Source: Mobula birostris (lineage: Eukaryota). Taken from it: DNA of 64,000 bases. The stretch lies in assembly GCF_030028105.1 (NCBI RefSeq), contig NC_092370.1, positions 171,254,647 through 171,318,646 of the forward strand, given 5' to 3'. The notes under the pieces were generated by a model. It had not been told where the DNA came from. It worked only from the letters and a program-made list of their open reading frames with translations, and did not search any database. The position numbers and the translations under genes were made by a program. This document shows, piece after piece, positions 11,988 through 24,809 of this stretch. The number at the start of each line of letters is the position of its first letter. Positions within the stretch are counted from its first letter, which is position 1.

Positions 11988-13207
11988 TGTCATAACGTGG
12001 GGTTCTGGGAGCGGACCCAAATGCAAGACACAGACACTGAAGTACTAGGAACAGGACTTAACTAGAGAGCTGGGACAAGAACACAGACTTGGGCTAGGAC
12101 ATTGGCTAGGCAAGCAGGACCAGGACAAGGAACTGGGAACTAGGAGCCTGGGCTTGGACTCCGAGTCGGAGACTGGACGAGGACCCAAAACCTGGGTCTT
12201 GACTCGGGCTCGGACTCCGGAACTAGACGAAGACATGACGTGGTCTTGGGAGACAGGACTAGGCGAGGCTACAGGACAGAACGAGAGACTCCTGGGCAGG
12301 ACGAGGGAACTCCAGTACAGGACGAAAGAACTCCAGCACAGGACGAAGCACATGGACAGGACGAGAACACAAAGCCTTGACTTGGTACTCAGGAACAGCT
12401 GAGCCTTGGACTCGGGATGACAGGAACACAGAACACAGAGCCTTGGTCTAGAGCACGGGCACACGGAGCCTTGGACTTGAGAGACAGGAACACATGGACA
12501 TGGAATACAGAGCTGGGACCCCTCCTTGGGAACAGGACTTAGGGCTGGGACTTGCACACGGAACACAGAGACAGGACCCTTCCTTGGGAACAGGACTTGG
12601 GGCTGGGGCTCTACAGAGAATGCTGAACACAACGAGACGGTTTCCAACACTAGGTAGCAGCAAACGGCCGGACCTCCCTAGCGCAGGCGTGGACAGAGAC
12701 GGTTCCAACTCAACGATAGACAGTTCCTTGACACAGAAAGGCTCCGGTCTCGCTCCGGTGGTAGAACTTGTTAAGGTTGCAGGCAAGGCTCCAGACATAG
12801 GTTACAGGCAAGGCTCCAGACACAGGTTACAGGCAAGGCTCCAGACACAGGTTACAGGCAAAGGCTTCAGAAGGAAGGGGAAGGGAAGGGAACAGTCCAG
12901 CCTCAGGGTAATGGCAAAGATGGCCTGGCTTACCCAACGGAGGCAAGGACAGGAAGGGACGGATCCACCCGCAGGGTAACGGCAAAGACAGCCTGACTTA
13001 CCCCACGGAGGCGAGGACGGGATACTGACAAGAGAACCAGCAACCACACTCAAACCCAGGGCCACCTATATTCCCAGCCCCAAGACGAGCATCAGGTGCC
13101 TATGATTAAGCCCAACTGAAACAAGGGACAGCCAGAACACCCGGCGTCCGCAGTCCACGGACTGGACCGTGAACTGGAATGCGGAGTTCACAGACCAGAC
13201 CATGACA
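11988..13207. mobile_element. Solo-LTR-like element (1220 bp) rich in internal repeats
   Basis: TGTCAT...ATGACA termini; start resembles the LTR at 5360 (tgtca...acccaaa.gca); TSD imperfect (gggtc/ggacc). Confidence 0.65.
12781..12866 (+). repeat. 25 bp tandem repeat, ~3.4 copies
   Basis: (aggcaaggctccagacaYaggttac)3 plus a partial copy. Confidence 0.9.
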
Positions 13208-13699
13208 GGACCAAAAGTGGTCAAGTGGGATCACCGTAGATAGGCATCTGGAGTTAAAGTAAAACAAGTCACATCTAAGTTTTGGTTGTAGACCCTTCAT
13301 CTGGAAGGGCAAATGCAGTATGTAGACCTGAAACGACGACTGTCCATTTCCTTCCATTGATGCTACCTGACCTGCTGAGTTCCTCCAGCATCTTGTCTTT
13401 TGTTTTGCTCCAGATTCCAATATTTGCAGTCTCATGCGTCTCCAGATGGTCAGCATGGAGGAGGGGGCCAGAGGAGCTTGTTTCTGCGCTGTACAACTCC
13501 ATGAGCTTAAAAGCTGCCTGTGCTACAGGTCAGTGTCTTCTGTTTCCTCCCACAATCCAAAGACGCAATTGGCCATTGTAAACTGTTCCGTGATTAGGCT
13601 ACGATTAAATCGGGGGTTGCTGGACAGCGAAGTGCTGTAACTATCAACAAATAAGTACATGCCTGGAACTAAAGTTCGCCACCTCGGCAAGATTCCGAC

Positions 13700-13807
13700 A
13701 TAGCTGACAGCAGGAAGTTGCTGTTCCGGGTGTGAGGAGGCGAGAGACTGACACTGAGCACCGATCGCAGCCTCCAAGCCCAGGCTGTAAGGAAGCAGAG
13801 TTAAAAG
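13700..13807 (+). promoter_or_regulatory. Candidate TMEM187 promoter/5' region at the start of a CpG island
   Basis: ETS-like CAGGAAGT (13711) and TTCCGG (13724); CpG-rich through ~14590. Confidence 0.35.
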
Positions 13808-14605
13808 ATGTGGACGCCGGCGCAGAGCGCCTTCCTGCACGTCCTGCTGCTCTTCGGCCTCTGCATCGCCGTCACCTGCAGCGGCGTCATGGACGGCGTG
13901 TGGACCGAGCTGGGTTACGAGCATTACGCCGAGCGGCCCTTGGCCTGGCTGCCGCGCTGTCTGGCCATGCCGGCCAACTCGCTGGTCAACCTGGGCTACG
14001 TGGCGCTGGGGGCTCACTGGCTGTGGCGGCAGGCGGCAGGCAGCGACAGCTACCACAAGGACGCGTTTGCCTGGATGGTGCTGGCCTACGGGCCGGTGCA
14101 GTGGGCCCGGATCGCTTCGCAGTCCCAGCGCCCGGCCGTGCTCGACCAGTGGCTCACGCTGCCCATCTTTGCCTGGGTGTTGGTGTGGGCGGCGTACCTG
14201 CTGGCGGGGCAGGAGGACGGGAAGAGCCGTCGCCACTCCAGCGCGCTGGCAGTGGAGGCGGCTTCGATCGCTAGCTACGGTCTGGCGCTGGTCCACCGCC
14301 GCGGCTTCGAGATCGCCCTTGGCTGTCATATCGCCACTGCCGTGCTGGCCGGGCTGGCGGCTCAGCGTCGCCTGGGCGACGCGGTTTCCCACCGGTACCT
14401 GCTGCTAGCTGTGGCTTCCTGCTTCGGCTTTGTGGGTCTGAAACTACTGGACCTGCCGCTGGCGGGCCTCGACCCGGGGCTAGGCCTCCTATCTGGGCCG
14501 TTGTCTGGACATTTCTGGTCCAAACTCTGCGATCTGTTGCAGATCCACTATAGCCTCTGTTTCCTACAGCACCTGGCGGGGCGGAAAATTCTGAAGCTCA
14601 AGTAG
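13808..14605 (+). CDS. TMEM187: Transmembrane protein 187 (265 aa, single coding exon)
   Basis: Recognised motifs GYEHYAE, LAMPANSLVNLGY, YGPVQW, AVLDQWLTLPIFAW, GFVGLKL, GHFWSKLCD; hydrophobic helices; intact ATG to TAG. Confidence 0.93.
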   Translation: MWTPAQSAFLHVLLLFGLCIAVTCSGVMDGVWTELGYEHYAERPLAWLPRCLAMPANSLVNLGYVALGAHWLWRQAAGSDSYHKDAFAWMVLAYGPVQWARIASQSQRPAVLDQWLTLPIFAWVLVWAAYLLAGQEDGKSRRHSSALAVEAASIASYGLALVHRRGFEIALGCHIATAVLAGLAAQRRLGDAVSHRYLLLAVASCFGFVGLKLLDLPLAGLDPGLGLLSGPLSGHFWSKLCDLLQIHYSLCFLQHLAGRKILKLK

Positions 14606-14880
14606 CAGTGTACCTTTTAATTACAAAACAAAACGGTTTTCATAAAAATATAAACAAAAATACAAATGGAATGGGTCCGTGTCTCTCTTTACCTTCCTTG
14701 TGCCATTAAATTGATGCATTCCATTAACAGTATTTCAGTGCTGCTGAAGGTGTATCTTTAAACCCATTAAGTCCTGTTGCAGGAATTTGAACTGAAACGT
14801 TGACATCCCCTACAGATACTGCTGGGCTGGACTGGCTGAGAGCCTCCTGCAGATTGTTATTATCCATCAAGTATTTCCTA

Positions 14881-15410
14881 CACTCAGTGGGTGCTTCATT
14901 AGGTACACATGTAAACCTGTTCGTATTTAATTTAATATTTAATCAGTCAATCAAGTGGCAGCAACTCAGTGCATGAAAGCATGCAAACATGGTCAAGAGG
15001 TTCATTTTTTGTTCAGACCAAACATCAGAATGGGGATGCAATGTGGTCGAAGTGACTATGACCCTGGAATGACTGTTGGTGTCAGACTGGGTGGTTTGAA
15101 TATCTCAGAATATCTGCAGATCTCCTGGGATTTTTTACACACAAAAAAATCTCTAGAGTTTACAAGAAATGGTGTGGAAACCCAAAAAACATACAGTGAG
15201 CAGCAATTCTGTGGGCCTTGTTAATGAGCGAGGTCAGAGGAGAATGGCCAGACACGTTCAAGCTGACAGGAAGGTGATAGTAGTTCAAATAACCACGTTA
15301 CAACAGGGGTGTGCAGAAGGGCATAGTTGAATGCACAACACATTGAAGTGGATGTGGTGGAGCAGCAGCAGACCATGAACATACACTCAGTGGTACACCC
15401 AGTACCTAAC
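14881..15410 (+). mobile_element. Non-autonomous Tc1-derived element
   Basis: TA then cactcagtgg..ttcattaggtacac start; decayed HTH-coding segment; related minus-strand fragment at ~32100-32285. Confidence 0.55.
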
Positions 15411-15889
15411 ATTATATATATTGAGCTAGCAGTTATCTCACAGAAGAGAAGTGACTCAATCATTTTCTCTCCTCTGTATCCTACTATCATGCTGACATAT
15501 TGACTGTGTCTTTAAGGGCTGGAGCCCTTAACAGTTTGCTGCACAGCAAATTTTCAGAAGCTGTAATCCATATTATGTGCTTTAGCAGGAAGCTATTTTA
15601 TTGTAGACTGCCCGAGTGGTGCACGCAACATCTTTTCTGACCTATTCCACAGTTTTGCAATGTCCTAAATCAGCATTACTACTAAATCAAACAATGGTTT
15701 AGTGCTTCAAAAAGACAGGTAGATCTCAGTGTCTAGGCTGTAACACCACAGGGTGGGGGCAGATATTGAAGATTGTACACTCAATTATCAAAAATTGTTG
15801 GTTAATGATCTAGCAGTGGTCAGTGAAAAAGATGAGTATTATACAGCTGAGTTAGCTTGAGTAATAATTGTGGTCCTAGCCAGCAAAAT

Positions 15890-17500
15890 CGACACACATT
15901 GTCAAGTTTGCTGATGACATTACAGTGGTGGGGCCCATCACCAACAATGATGAGATGGCCTACAGAGAGGAGGTAGAAGAACTTGAGGCCTGGTGCCTGG
16001 CAAATACCCTCTTCCTCAATATCAGCAAGACCATGGAGATGGTCATTGACTTCTAGACATCTCACATTACTCAGCCCCTCTTTACATTGGCGGCAGAACA
16101 GCGGGAACTGCAAGTAAAGAGAGGGCATGAGGTGGATCTGGCAGGCAAGGTTATTATAGCCATATTAAAAGGGTGGCTAGGGAGAGAGTATATCTCTTTA
16201 GATATCAGCAGGGCATAATGAGAAAAATCATGGTTGCTCAAGAGATAAGGGGAACGAGTGGAGATGTTTCAGAGAACATGCATAATACCAGGGTGGAGAG
16301 ATTTGCAGTCTAAAAGCACATTAGGGTCGATAACTCACCAGGGCCGGACCAAGGTAATCTCAGATTTTGTGAGGGCTAGAGAAGAAACTGTGGATGCCCA
16401 TGCGGATATATTTGCTCTCACCAAACCCATGGAAAGCATCTGGCCCAAACAGGGTAACTGTCCTCACTACTGAAAACCTGTGCTAATCAGCTGACTGGAG
16501 TGTTCACTGATATCTTTAACCTCTCTCTTCTGCAGTCTGTAGTACCCACTGCTTCAAGCAGACTTCAATGATATCAGTGTCTAAGAAGAATGTGGTAACC
16601 TGCCTCAATATCTATCATTCAGTCGCACTTACATCCACAGTGGTGAAGTGCTTTGAGATATTGGTGATGGAGCATATCATCTCCTGCTGGAAGACTGACT
16701 TGGTACTCTCACTCAATGTTAGCAAAACCAGAGAGCTGATTATTGACTACAGGAGGAGGAAACCAGTGTCCTCAGAGGTGGAGAGGGTCAACTATTTTAA
16801 ATTCCTCAGCCTCATCCTTTCAGAGGATCTGATCTGGGTCCAGCACATAAGTGACATTACAAAGAAAGCACAGCAACATCTCTATTTTCTTAGAAGTTTG
16901 TGAAGATTTGGCATGTCATCTAAAACGTTGACTGATTGCATCACGGCCTGGTATGGAAACACCAAAGCCATTGAATGGAAAAACCTAAAAGAAGTGGTGT
17001 ATACAGCCCAGTCCATCACAGGTAAAGCCCTCCCCACCATTGAGCACATCTGCAAGGAGCGCTGTTGCAGGAAAGTAGCATCCATCATCCAGCTATGCTC
17101 TCCTCTTGCTGCTGCCGTCAGGAAAGAATTGCAGGAGCCTTATGTCCCACACTGCCAGGTTCAGGAACAGTTATTTCTCCTCAACCATCTGGCTCTTGAA
17201 CCAGAGAGGATAACTTCACTCAACCCAACAGAGAACTGATTCCACAACTTATAAACTCACTTTCAAGGACTTAACAACTCATGTTCTCAATATTTATTGC
17301 TTATTTATTTACTATTATTATTTTTTTGTTCTCTTTCTCTTTGCAGTTTGTCTTTTGCACATTGGTTATTTGTCTTTGCTGTGTGCGTTTTCTTCATTGA
17401 TTCTATTGTGTTTTATTGCACTGTGAATGTCTGCTAGAAAACAAATCTCAGGGTAGTATATTGTGACAGATATATATACTTTGATAATGAATTTGAACTT
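15890..17500 (+). mobile_element. Rex1/Babar LINE fragments
   Basis: KFADD, VALTSTVVKCFE, SLNVSKTRELIIDYRR, CITAWYGN, ALPTIEHI; tail ending tttgaacttt. Confidence 0.75.
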
Positions 17501-20166
17501 TATCTTGTTGTTAGCTAGTGGTGAAGTTCCCAAAGGTTGTTCCATTGTTTAAATAGGCTAGCAAGAACACTCCAGAGAACCATATTGAAATACAGCACAG
17601 AATAGGCCCTTCCAGTCTGAGTTAATCCGAACCTAATCATGGGACAATTTACAAAGATCTATTAACCTACCAACAGGTAGGTCTTTGGACTGTGGGAGGA
17701 AAGTGGAACACCCAGAAGAAACACACGCTGTCACGGAGAGAGCGTACAAACTCATTACAGGCAGCGGCAGGATTGTTACCTTGTTCAGTTTAGTGCCATT
17801 GGTCAACGTAAAAATTCTACTTGACATTAGATCTAATGAGGTGACTCAAAGCAACTAATAGCATTAAGAATACACTGGGATGCTGCGAAGAAGACTGAAT
17901 ATCCTTTTTAAAGTTTGTATCATTGGAAGAACTGTCACATGAACAACAACAATGGAAGAAAACAATACCGCCTTCCCACTTGGGGGGCCAAACACAGGAC
18001 ATTGGGATGAAATAGGTGGGCATTGTGGTTGGAGTGGACTTTTTGGGCTGAAGGACCTGTATTTCTGCTGTGTTTCTCTATGATTCTAAACAATCCATGT
18101 AGGATTTAAGATGTACTACCCAATGTTCAATAGGACATTGATAAAACTTGTACAATCTTGAAAGATCACTATCTGAACCCTACTTTTCAGAAAAAAGTGG
18201 CATTTAGGTGTTTTCCCACTATGTACTATATGTCCAGAATTTCAGAAGTGTCACAACATTTAATGTGTCGCTGCACAGCTCTAAGAACCTGGATTTGAAC
18301 CTGGCCTCAGTTAACATCTGCATGAAATGTACATGTTCTTCCTTTGGCTAGGTGTATTCCACTTACCACCACCATGCCCCCAAGTTCCATCCCACCTCTC
18401 AAGTGATGCAGATTAATCAGCAACTGTAAATGATGCAAAGGGGAGTTGATGGGCACCAGAAATGGAGAGTATGGGGAAATAAAAAAATGGGTCTGACAGG
18501 TTCAAACTACCAGAAGTCACCACGGAACCAGTGAGTTGAATATTCTCCCGTGTCATAACAAGTAATTATAATGTCGTGAAGCAACACTGTCAATCCTTAT
18601 ATATGCAATGCCCATTAAAAATGTGACCAATATTATAGTGACAACCAAGAAATGTGTTACAATTGTAATATGTTTTGCAACAAGGAAGCACAGAATGTAA
18701 GAGTTTTAAAACATGAAGTACTCCCATTATCAACATGTATGTAGAATCTCTTTTCACATCAAAATGTATTAGCAGTTTAGGAAGTCACTCACAACCAATC
18801 ATTAGATAAGCTTACTGAATGCTGGCAGTTTGTTTTTAAGAGTCCCAATTACAATCTTCCTTTAATTGTTTCTCCTGCGATAAAGATGCCTTTTCAATTG
18901 CTTGGAAGTGGGGTACAAATTTCCATTTTTCATTCAACATTCACCACCAACAGTTCCACACCTTCCCTCCCCTCAACAAGGAAAAGCTTTTAATAAAAAA
19001 AATGCCTACTGACAACTGAATTATCCAATCAAAACAGGTGCATGTTTTAATTACACATATTCCATATGAAAACAATACAAGAAAATCCAATTTTCACATT
19101 AAAATAATTCTGGCAACATTAGTGAACTGAAGTCATTACTGGTACAATTCTGGTTATCTCTTATACAGTATATATAAATTTATTCATTCAACGTTATCAT
19201 TGCTTTTGTATGCACCATTACTTTGTCTCACTCACAAGCACCAAGTGACTAACACAAAGAACTCTGAGAGTCAGCCACTCCACTAATACTGCCTATTGAT
19301 CAATGCACCCTAGAAAATGAACACATGTTCAAAGGCTACATTAACTATAGTTGAGAACTCCAATTGAACAAAAAGGTTTGATTTGCTGTTAGTTTCAATT
19401 CACTTGAGAGGAAAAAAAATTGCTACACTAGGTAATTGACTTTCATGTTTATAGGTGTCCAAAAGCAAAATGGAAACATACAAAGGACCTTGACAGTGTA
19501 TGGGCTCAAGAAAGAAGAGCAAGCAGAAATAACCATAGTGCGGGTACCTGTTATCTGTCCAGCTATCTAGGCTGTAAACAACGTTGCCTAGATGTATATA
19601 TGGCCAAAACAAGATTCCAGAGGTAAATTCCACCCAGAGAGTATTTGTCCCCAAAATACTATCAAATGGACAGGGTAGGTGAGAGAGAGAGAAAAAAAGT
19701 ACAGGCAGGATTCGATAAACAAAGTTTGGAGTTGTATCAAATGATAATTAATTTTGGAATTATCACTTTAAACCTAACCTGTGTTACAATCTTTAGAAGC
19801 AAGGGAAGAAAAGTTCAATTGTGGTGAAATAAAACTAAATTTGTCACCATGAAGATAAAATGCAACAAACAACTACAATCAACAGCTTTCAAATCTTTGT
19901 GCAAAGGTGAATTTAATCTCTACAATACTGGATGATGTTGATGAAATACTTATTGACAGTACTGCTTTAACAGAACGCTTAATGAAGTACTTTTGAACAA
20001 AAAAAAATTCCAACAGTAATGTAATTAGTAGCTCAGAGTAAGAATTTCAGATGTTCTTGGATTGCACTCTGTACAGTTTTTTTTGCATGAAATATTGAAG
20101 AATTTCTTAGATTAGTAACACTTAAAGTTTATAAAAAGGATCTTCTTAAATCTGTAGCTCATTTCA

Positions 20167-20733
20167 TCATAAATGTAAATGCAAGAACTCTTGAATCTTT
20201 CGCCAGGAATCCTCTTGGGCGTAGCAGTGCTTTATTGGTTCTCCTCCTGACAGTACTGGATGCCCAAGGAAGCGGTCAATCACAGCAAAACAATATGGAG
20301 AACATGGAGGTTCAATATGATGCCCAGTTCCTGGGTAACTAAGAAGTTTGTAGTTATTCTTCCCATGTGTATTCAGTCTTTTTATCGCTTCTTCAGCAAA
20401 TAATTTGCTGTTCAATATCTTGTCATCTTCTCCTACCACAAACAGGATGTGTCCTTCAGCTTTTTCTAATGGGATGATGCTCTTTTGATTTTCATTGGGG
20501 TCACTAAGTGTACCAGACAGATCTAGAACTCCTGAGTCCAAACGAATGATTTCATCTAAATTGTGAGTCACACAGGGGAGATACACATCTTTGTAATACA
20601 GATCAGTTAAGGTGTTTGCATTGCAGCCAGAGATACAAACAGACGCCGTCACTTTTGGTATAAACGTGATCATTGATAGAGCCAAATCCGCACCTTTTGA
20701 AGAACCTATTACTCCAATACCAGGGCCTTTCAC
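20167..20733 (-). CDS. Acyl-CoA thioesterase gene A, exon 3 (catalytic domain)
   Basis: Acceptor tttgtag|GTG; GSSKG nucleophile, GEDD, GTGHHIEPP; ends FLHLHL then TGA TGA. Confidence 0.93.
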   Translation of the reverse strand: MKGPGIGVIGSSKGADLALSMITFIPKVTASVCISGCNANTLTDLYYKDVYLPCVTHNLDEIIRLDSGVLDLSGTLSDPNENQKSIIPLEKAEGHILFVVGEDDKILNSKLFAEEAIKRLNTHGKNNYKLLSYPGTGHHIEPPCSPYCFAVIDRFLGHPVLSGGEPIKHCYAQEDSWRKIQEFLHLHL

Positions 20734-21289
20734 CTACAAAAATTCAAAATCCATTATACAAGCTTGCTCTAAATAACATAAATCTTGGTATACATACAAA
20801 CTAGTCCAGAAAAATACATAAGTGTTCACAATGGTGCAATCTACATTGTTCAATAAGTGACTAATATTTTAATCCTACGTCAAACTTTCCCACTTACAAG
20901 AAAGGCAGAAAGTAACTTTCAAAGATGACATGTCAAAGTCATGCACTACAACACAAACCATTCATTATCAGTCAGATGTGACAATGTTATTTATTAAATG
21001 AAATAATACCTGAAGGAAGTCCCAAGAGATATGTATCTGAAGGAGGATCATTCGTTGTAATATAAGTTAATGTGATAAAGTGGTATGATATTACATATCT
21101 GTGCATTATGTCACAGACTGGTGATAAGTCAGGAACGACAGATTACTCAAGTAACAGTTCAAGATAACTAAGTAACAGTGAAAATTAGATCCTACATGTG
21201 AGGTGGTAATAAGGAGCAGAACCACAAAGAAATAAGATGCTGTCCTGGGGTATATCAAAATAAGGACGTTAAACTTACCCAACCTAACC

Positions 21290-21966
21290 AAAAAGTGGAT
21301 TATTGACTACAGGCGAAAGAAATTGAGCATCTATGAGCCAGTGCTCATTAGGAGATTGGATGTGGAGAGAGTCAGTAATTTTAATCACTGGGAGTGTATC
21401 CTAACTGGATGCATTACAGTCTGGTATGGCAACACATTGGAAAAGCCTACAAAAATGGTGGTTACAGACCCATTCAGCATAGGAAAATCCCTCCCTCCAT
21501 TGAGCGCATCTACAAGGAGCGGTGCCACAAGAAAGCAGCATCTGTCGTCAAGGACCCCCACCATCCAGACCATGCTCTCTTCTCGCTGCTACCATCAGGA
21601 TGTTACAGGAGCCTTAGGTCCTATACCAACAGGTTCAGGAACAGTTATTATCCTTCAACCATTGAGCTCCTGAACCAATGTGGACATCTTCACTCACCAT
21701 AACTGAACTGATCATTGAACTTTTGGACTCACTTTCAAGGGCTCCATGACTCATGCTCTCAGTTTGCAATCTATTTATTTATTTACTTACTTATTTTTAT
21801 TACTTGTTTCTTTTTGTATTTGCACAATTTGCCAGTCTTTATGTATAGTTTTCCATTTATTCTATTGTACTTCTTTGTTCTACAAAGATTCTTGCAAAAA
21901 TGAATCTCAGGGTAGTATTTGATGGCATATATACTTTGATAATAAATTTTTACTTTGAACTTTGAA
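21290..21966 (+). mobile_element. Rex1/Babar LINE 3' fragment
   Basis: ILTGCITVWYGN, ERCHKKAASVVKDPHHP, RFRNSYYP; (actttga)n tail. Confidence 0.75.
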
Positions 21967-22599
21967 CCATAAAGACTAAATAGTGGGTAAACTAATGCTG
22001 GTATTTTCAATTCATACACTAGAAAGGCTAGCTTTCCTTGGAGCAGTGAAGGTTGTGAGGGCATCTGATAGAGCTTATAAATTTGAGAAGCATAGATAGT
22101 TACTCAGAATTTTTTCCCCACGTCACAATATTTGGATGAGCACTTTGCAAAGTGGGCTAAAAGCACCTGTTGGTAAATGGGATGAGTACTTTATAGCTCA
22201 CATAGACATGCTGGGCTGAAAGGCCTGGTTCTGTGATGTGTGGCTCTAAGAATGGTACAAGATGCTGGAAAAACTTAGAACTAATACAGGGTCATGCAAT
22301 GATAACTTATTGAACTGCTTGATGCTGATTTGAAGATAAAGTCAGGGAAGATGCAGTGGATGTAACTATTGCCTTCTTGGAAAACATTGTGTCCTCATAC
22401 AAGACTATTTTAAAAGAATTGCTTTTGATAACCTGATGTCGGAGACATAGAGGGACAATCCTAATTTCCTGAGTCTGTGTTATAACATTATACTTAAAAG
22501 CCAAAGATTGATCCACACTTGAGACTGGCATGATGCTGGGCCATCACAAGTACAATTGAGGGAATTTACACTGGAAATGCTCAATAACTTTACAATTAA

Positions 22600-23290
22600 G
22601 AACTCAAGGAAGTAGGAGCAGGAGTAAGCCATCACGCCTCTTAAGCGTGTTCCACCATTCAATAGGGCCATAGCTCAGCCTTAACCTCTATACAAGTTCC
22701 CCACAGCCTAGAATTCCCTGACTTTTCTAGTCTCTATGACCTCCTGGAATAGAGAATTCCAAGAGGTTTAGCATACTCTGCGGTAAGAAATTATGACAAA
22801 CCTTTGTTTTGAATGACGTCCCCTTATCTTCTAATACTGTCTCCTTATTAAAGGCTTTCTGAATCATGGAAACTTCCTCCCTCTCCTGCCTTCTTTGGAT
22901 CTTAGGTCCTAATTTCTTCCACAATTCATGATCCTCAATTAGTTTTAGATTGCCTTGAGTACTAGTACATCCTTTTTTAAGGGGATAAAACTATGTAGAG
23001 TACTTAATGAGCTCACCAACACCCTGTGTCATTGTTATAATAGTTCCCCATTTGTAAACTCTAATCCCATTTCTAAACTCCAACCCTCCGGTAATAAAGG
23101 TGCATGCGAAATTTCCCTTCCTACATAATTGCTGTATCTATCATCCTTATGATTCAGACAGAACATCTCGATTCCTTTGCATTTCACTCATTTGCAATTT
23201 CTCTCCATTTGGATGGTGGTCTACCCTTTGATTCCTCTTACTGAAGTGAGTAACCTCAGACTTTCCCCACATTAAACTCCAGTCTCTGAG
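22600..23290 (-). mobile_element. Decayed CR1 3' fragment
   Basis: Collinear with the 3' part of the CR1 at 45903-46710. Confidence 0.55.
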
Positions 23291-24606
23291 ACAGAGTCAC
23301 AGAGCACTACAGCACAGGAGCCGGCCTTTCAGGCCATCTAGTATCATTCTGTACAGCCCATCGACCAGAGCCCTCCACACCCCTCCCAACCATGTACTTA
23401 TCCGAATTTCTCATAAATACTGAAACTGAACCCGCAACCTCCACTTCTGCTGTGTTCACCCACTTGTTATTTTGTGGCAGAATGCAAAAATCTTCACTAC
23501 AACACAACCTCTCATCTATTTCTGGTGTTATCGGCAACAATTGATACCTTACACTCTGCTTTTCTCTCTGGATCATTAATGCAATCAGCAAGTTATTGAA
23601 ATTCAAGAACTAGTCTTGGGAAGATCTTAGACATAAGACCACACGACACAGGAACAGAATTAGGCCATTCATGCTCTGCCAGATGATTAAGGCTAATTTA
23701 ATTACCCCCTCAACTCCAGTCTCTTACCTTCTCCCTGTTACCTTTGAAGCTCTCAATACTCAGCCTCCACTTTAAATATATCCAATGACTAGGCCTCCAC
23801 AGCCGTTTGTGGTAATGAATTCCAGATTCTCCAATGGACAGATACTTAACAGCATAGTATGAATCAGATAGTTTGGCTCATAGAAACCAAAGCACTGGCA
23901 TAAATCCAATTAAGAAATTGATTTTGATACAATTAACTACTAATACCACTGGATACAACTCAATGTTGGGAATTAAAAGGAGATATTAAGTTGACGAGCT
24001 GGGATGAAAATGAGATTAAAGGTCCACAAAGTGTATTCCCAAAATGCTCACAAGATATAGGACCAGAATTAGCCCATTCAGTCTGGTCTGCCATTCAACC
24101 ATAGCTATTTTTTTTCTCAATCCCATTCTCCTGCCTTCTCTTAGTAATACCTAACTCCCTTGCACGTCAAGAACCTACCAATCTTTGCCTTAAATATAAC
24201 AACAACCGTTTCCACGGGCCTCTTTAGCAGCAAATTGCATAGGTTCACCACCTTCTGGCTGAAGAAATTCCTTCTCATCTCAGTCCTAAAGGACATACCT
24301 TTATTCGGAGAATGCTGGAGAGGAGATGGGTTTGTAAACCCAGGTGGTCGTCAGAGGAAATATGGCTACAAAAAAAAGATCCGTTGAGTATAAATGACCT
24401 TTAGAAGAATGTGATGTTGATTAAATCATATGGATGTTTCATTGACCAAGGTACAGGTGTCATATTGGGTTGGCCAAGAAAAAGCTCATCATGATGTGTT
24501 ATCTTTGATTTGAAAGACAGGGGTCACATGTAATTATGCTTACTGTATCATTGTGATTAAATAAGGGTCTCAATAAATTGCTGAGACAATAATAGACACA
24601 TCTTAC

Positions 24607-24809
24607 CTTAGGATGCTTCCATAAATATTCTGCAGCTTCTTCAAAATATTCTAGATGAAAATCTACCAGGGTCATTGGTAGATCCTCAAACCCAAAGTAG
24701 GGAAGAGCAAGGGCAGCAAAGCCTCGACTTGCAAGGAGACAGGCACGAAATTCAGTCAAACCGCCTTCATCACCAAACAGGTCTATCACTCCAGGAAAAG
24801 GACCATCCC
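24607..24809 (-). CDS. Acyl-CoA thioesterase gene A, exon 2 (203 bp)
   Basis: ttccttcag|GG...AAG|gtaaga; [42 protein letters not shown]; phase 1 to phase 0 fits exons 1 and 3. Confidence 0.93.

Noticed and set aside
12781-12866. Regular 25 bp repeat as a CRISPR-like array
   Set aside because: Head-to-tail repeat with no spacers, no cas genes, eukaryotic context
12045-12979. Several 80-200 aa ORFs
   Set aside because: Low-complexity translations of an internally repetitive LTR-like element
13523-14392. 289 aa minus-strand ORF and the alternative-frame ORFs 13732-14274 and 14067-14408
   Set aside because: Shadow ORFs of the GC-rich TMEM187 CDS; no recognisable domain
20164-20169. TGA TGA as selenocysteine or programmed read-through
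   Set aside because: Two consecutive stops, no SECIS recognised, and the extension ends LQI, not a functional PTS1
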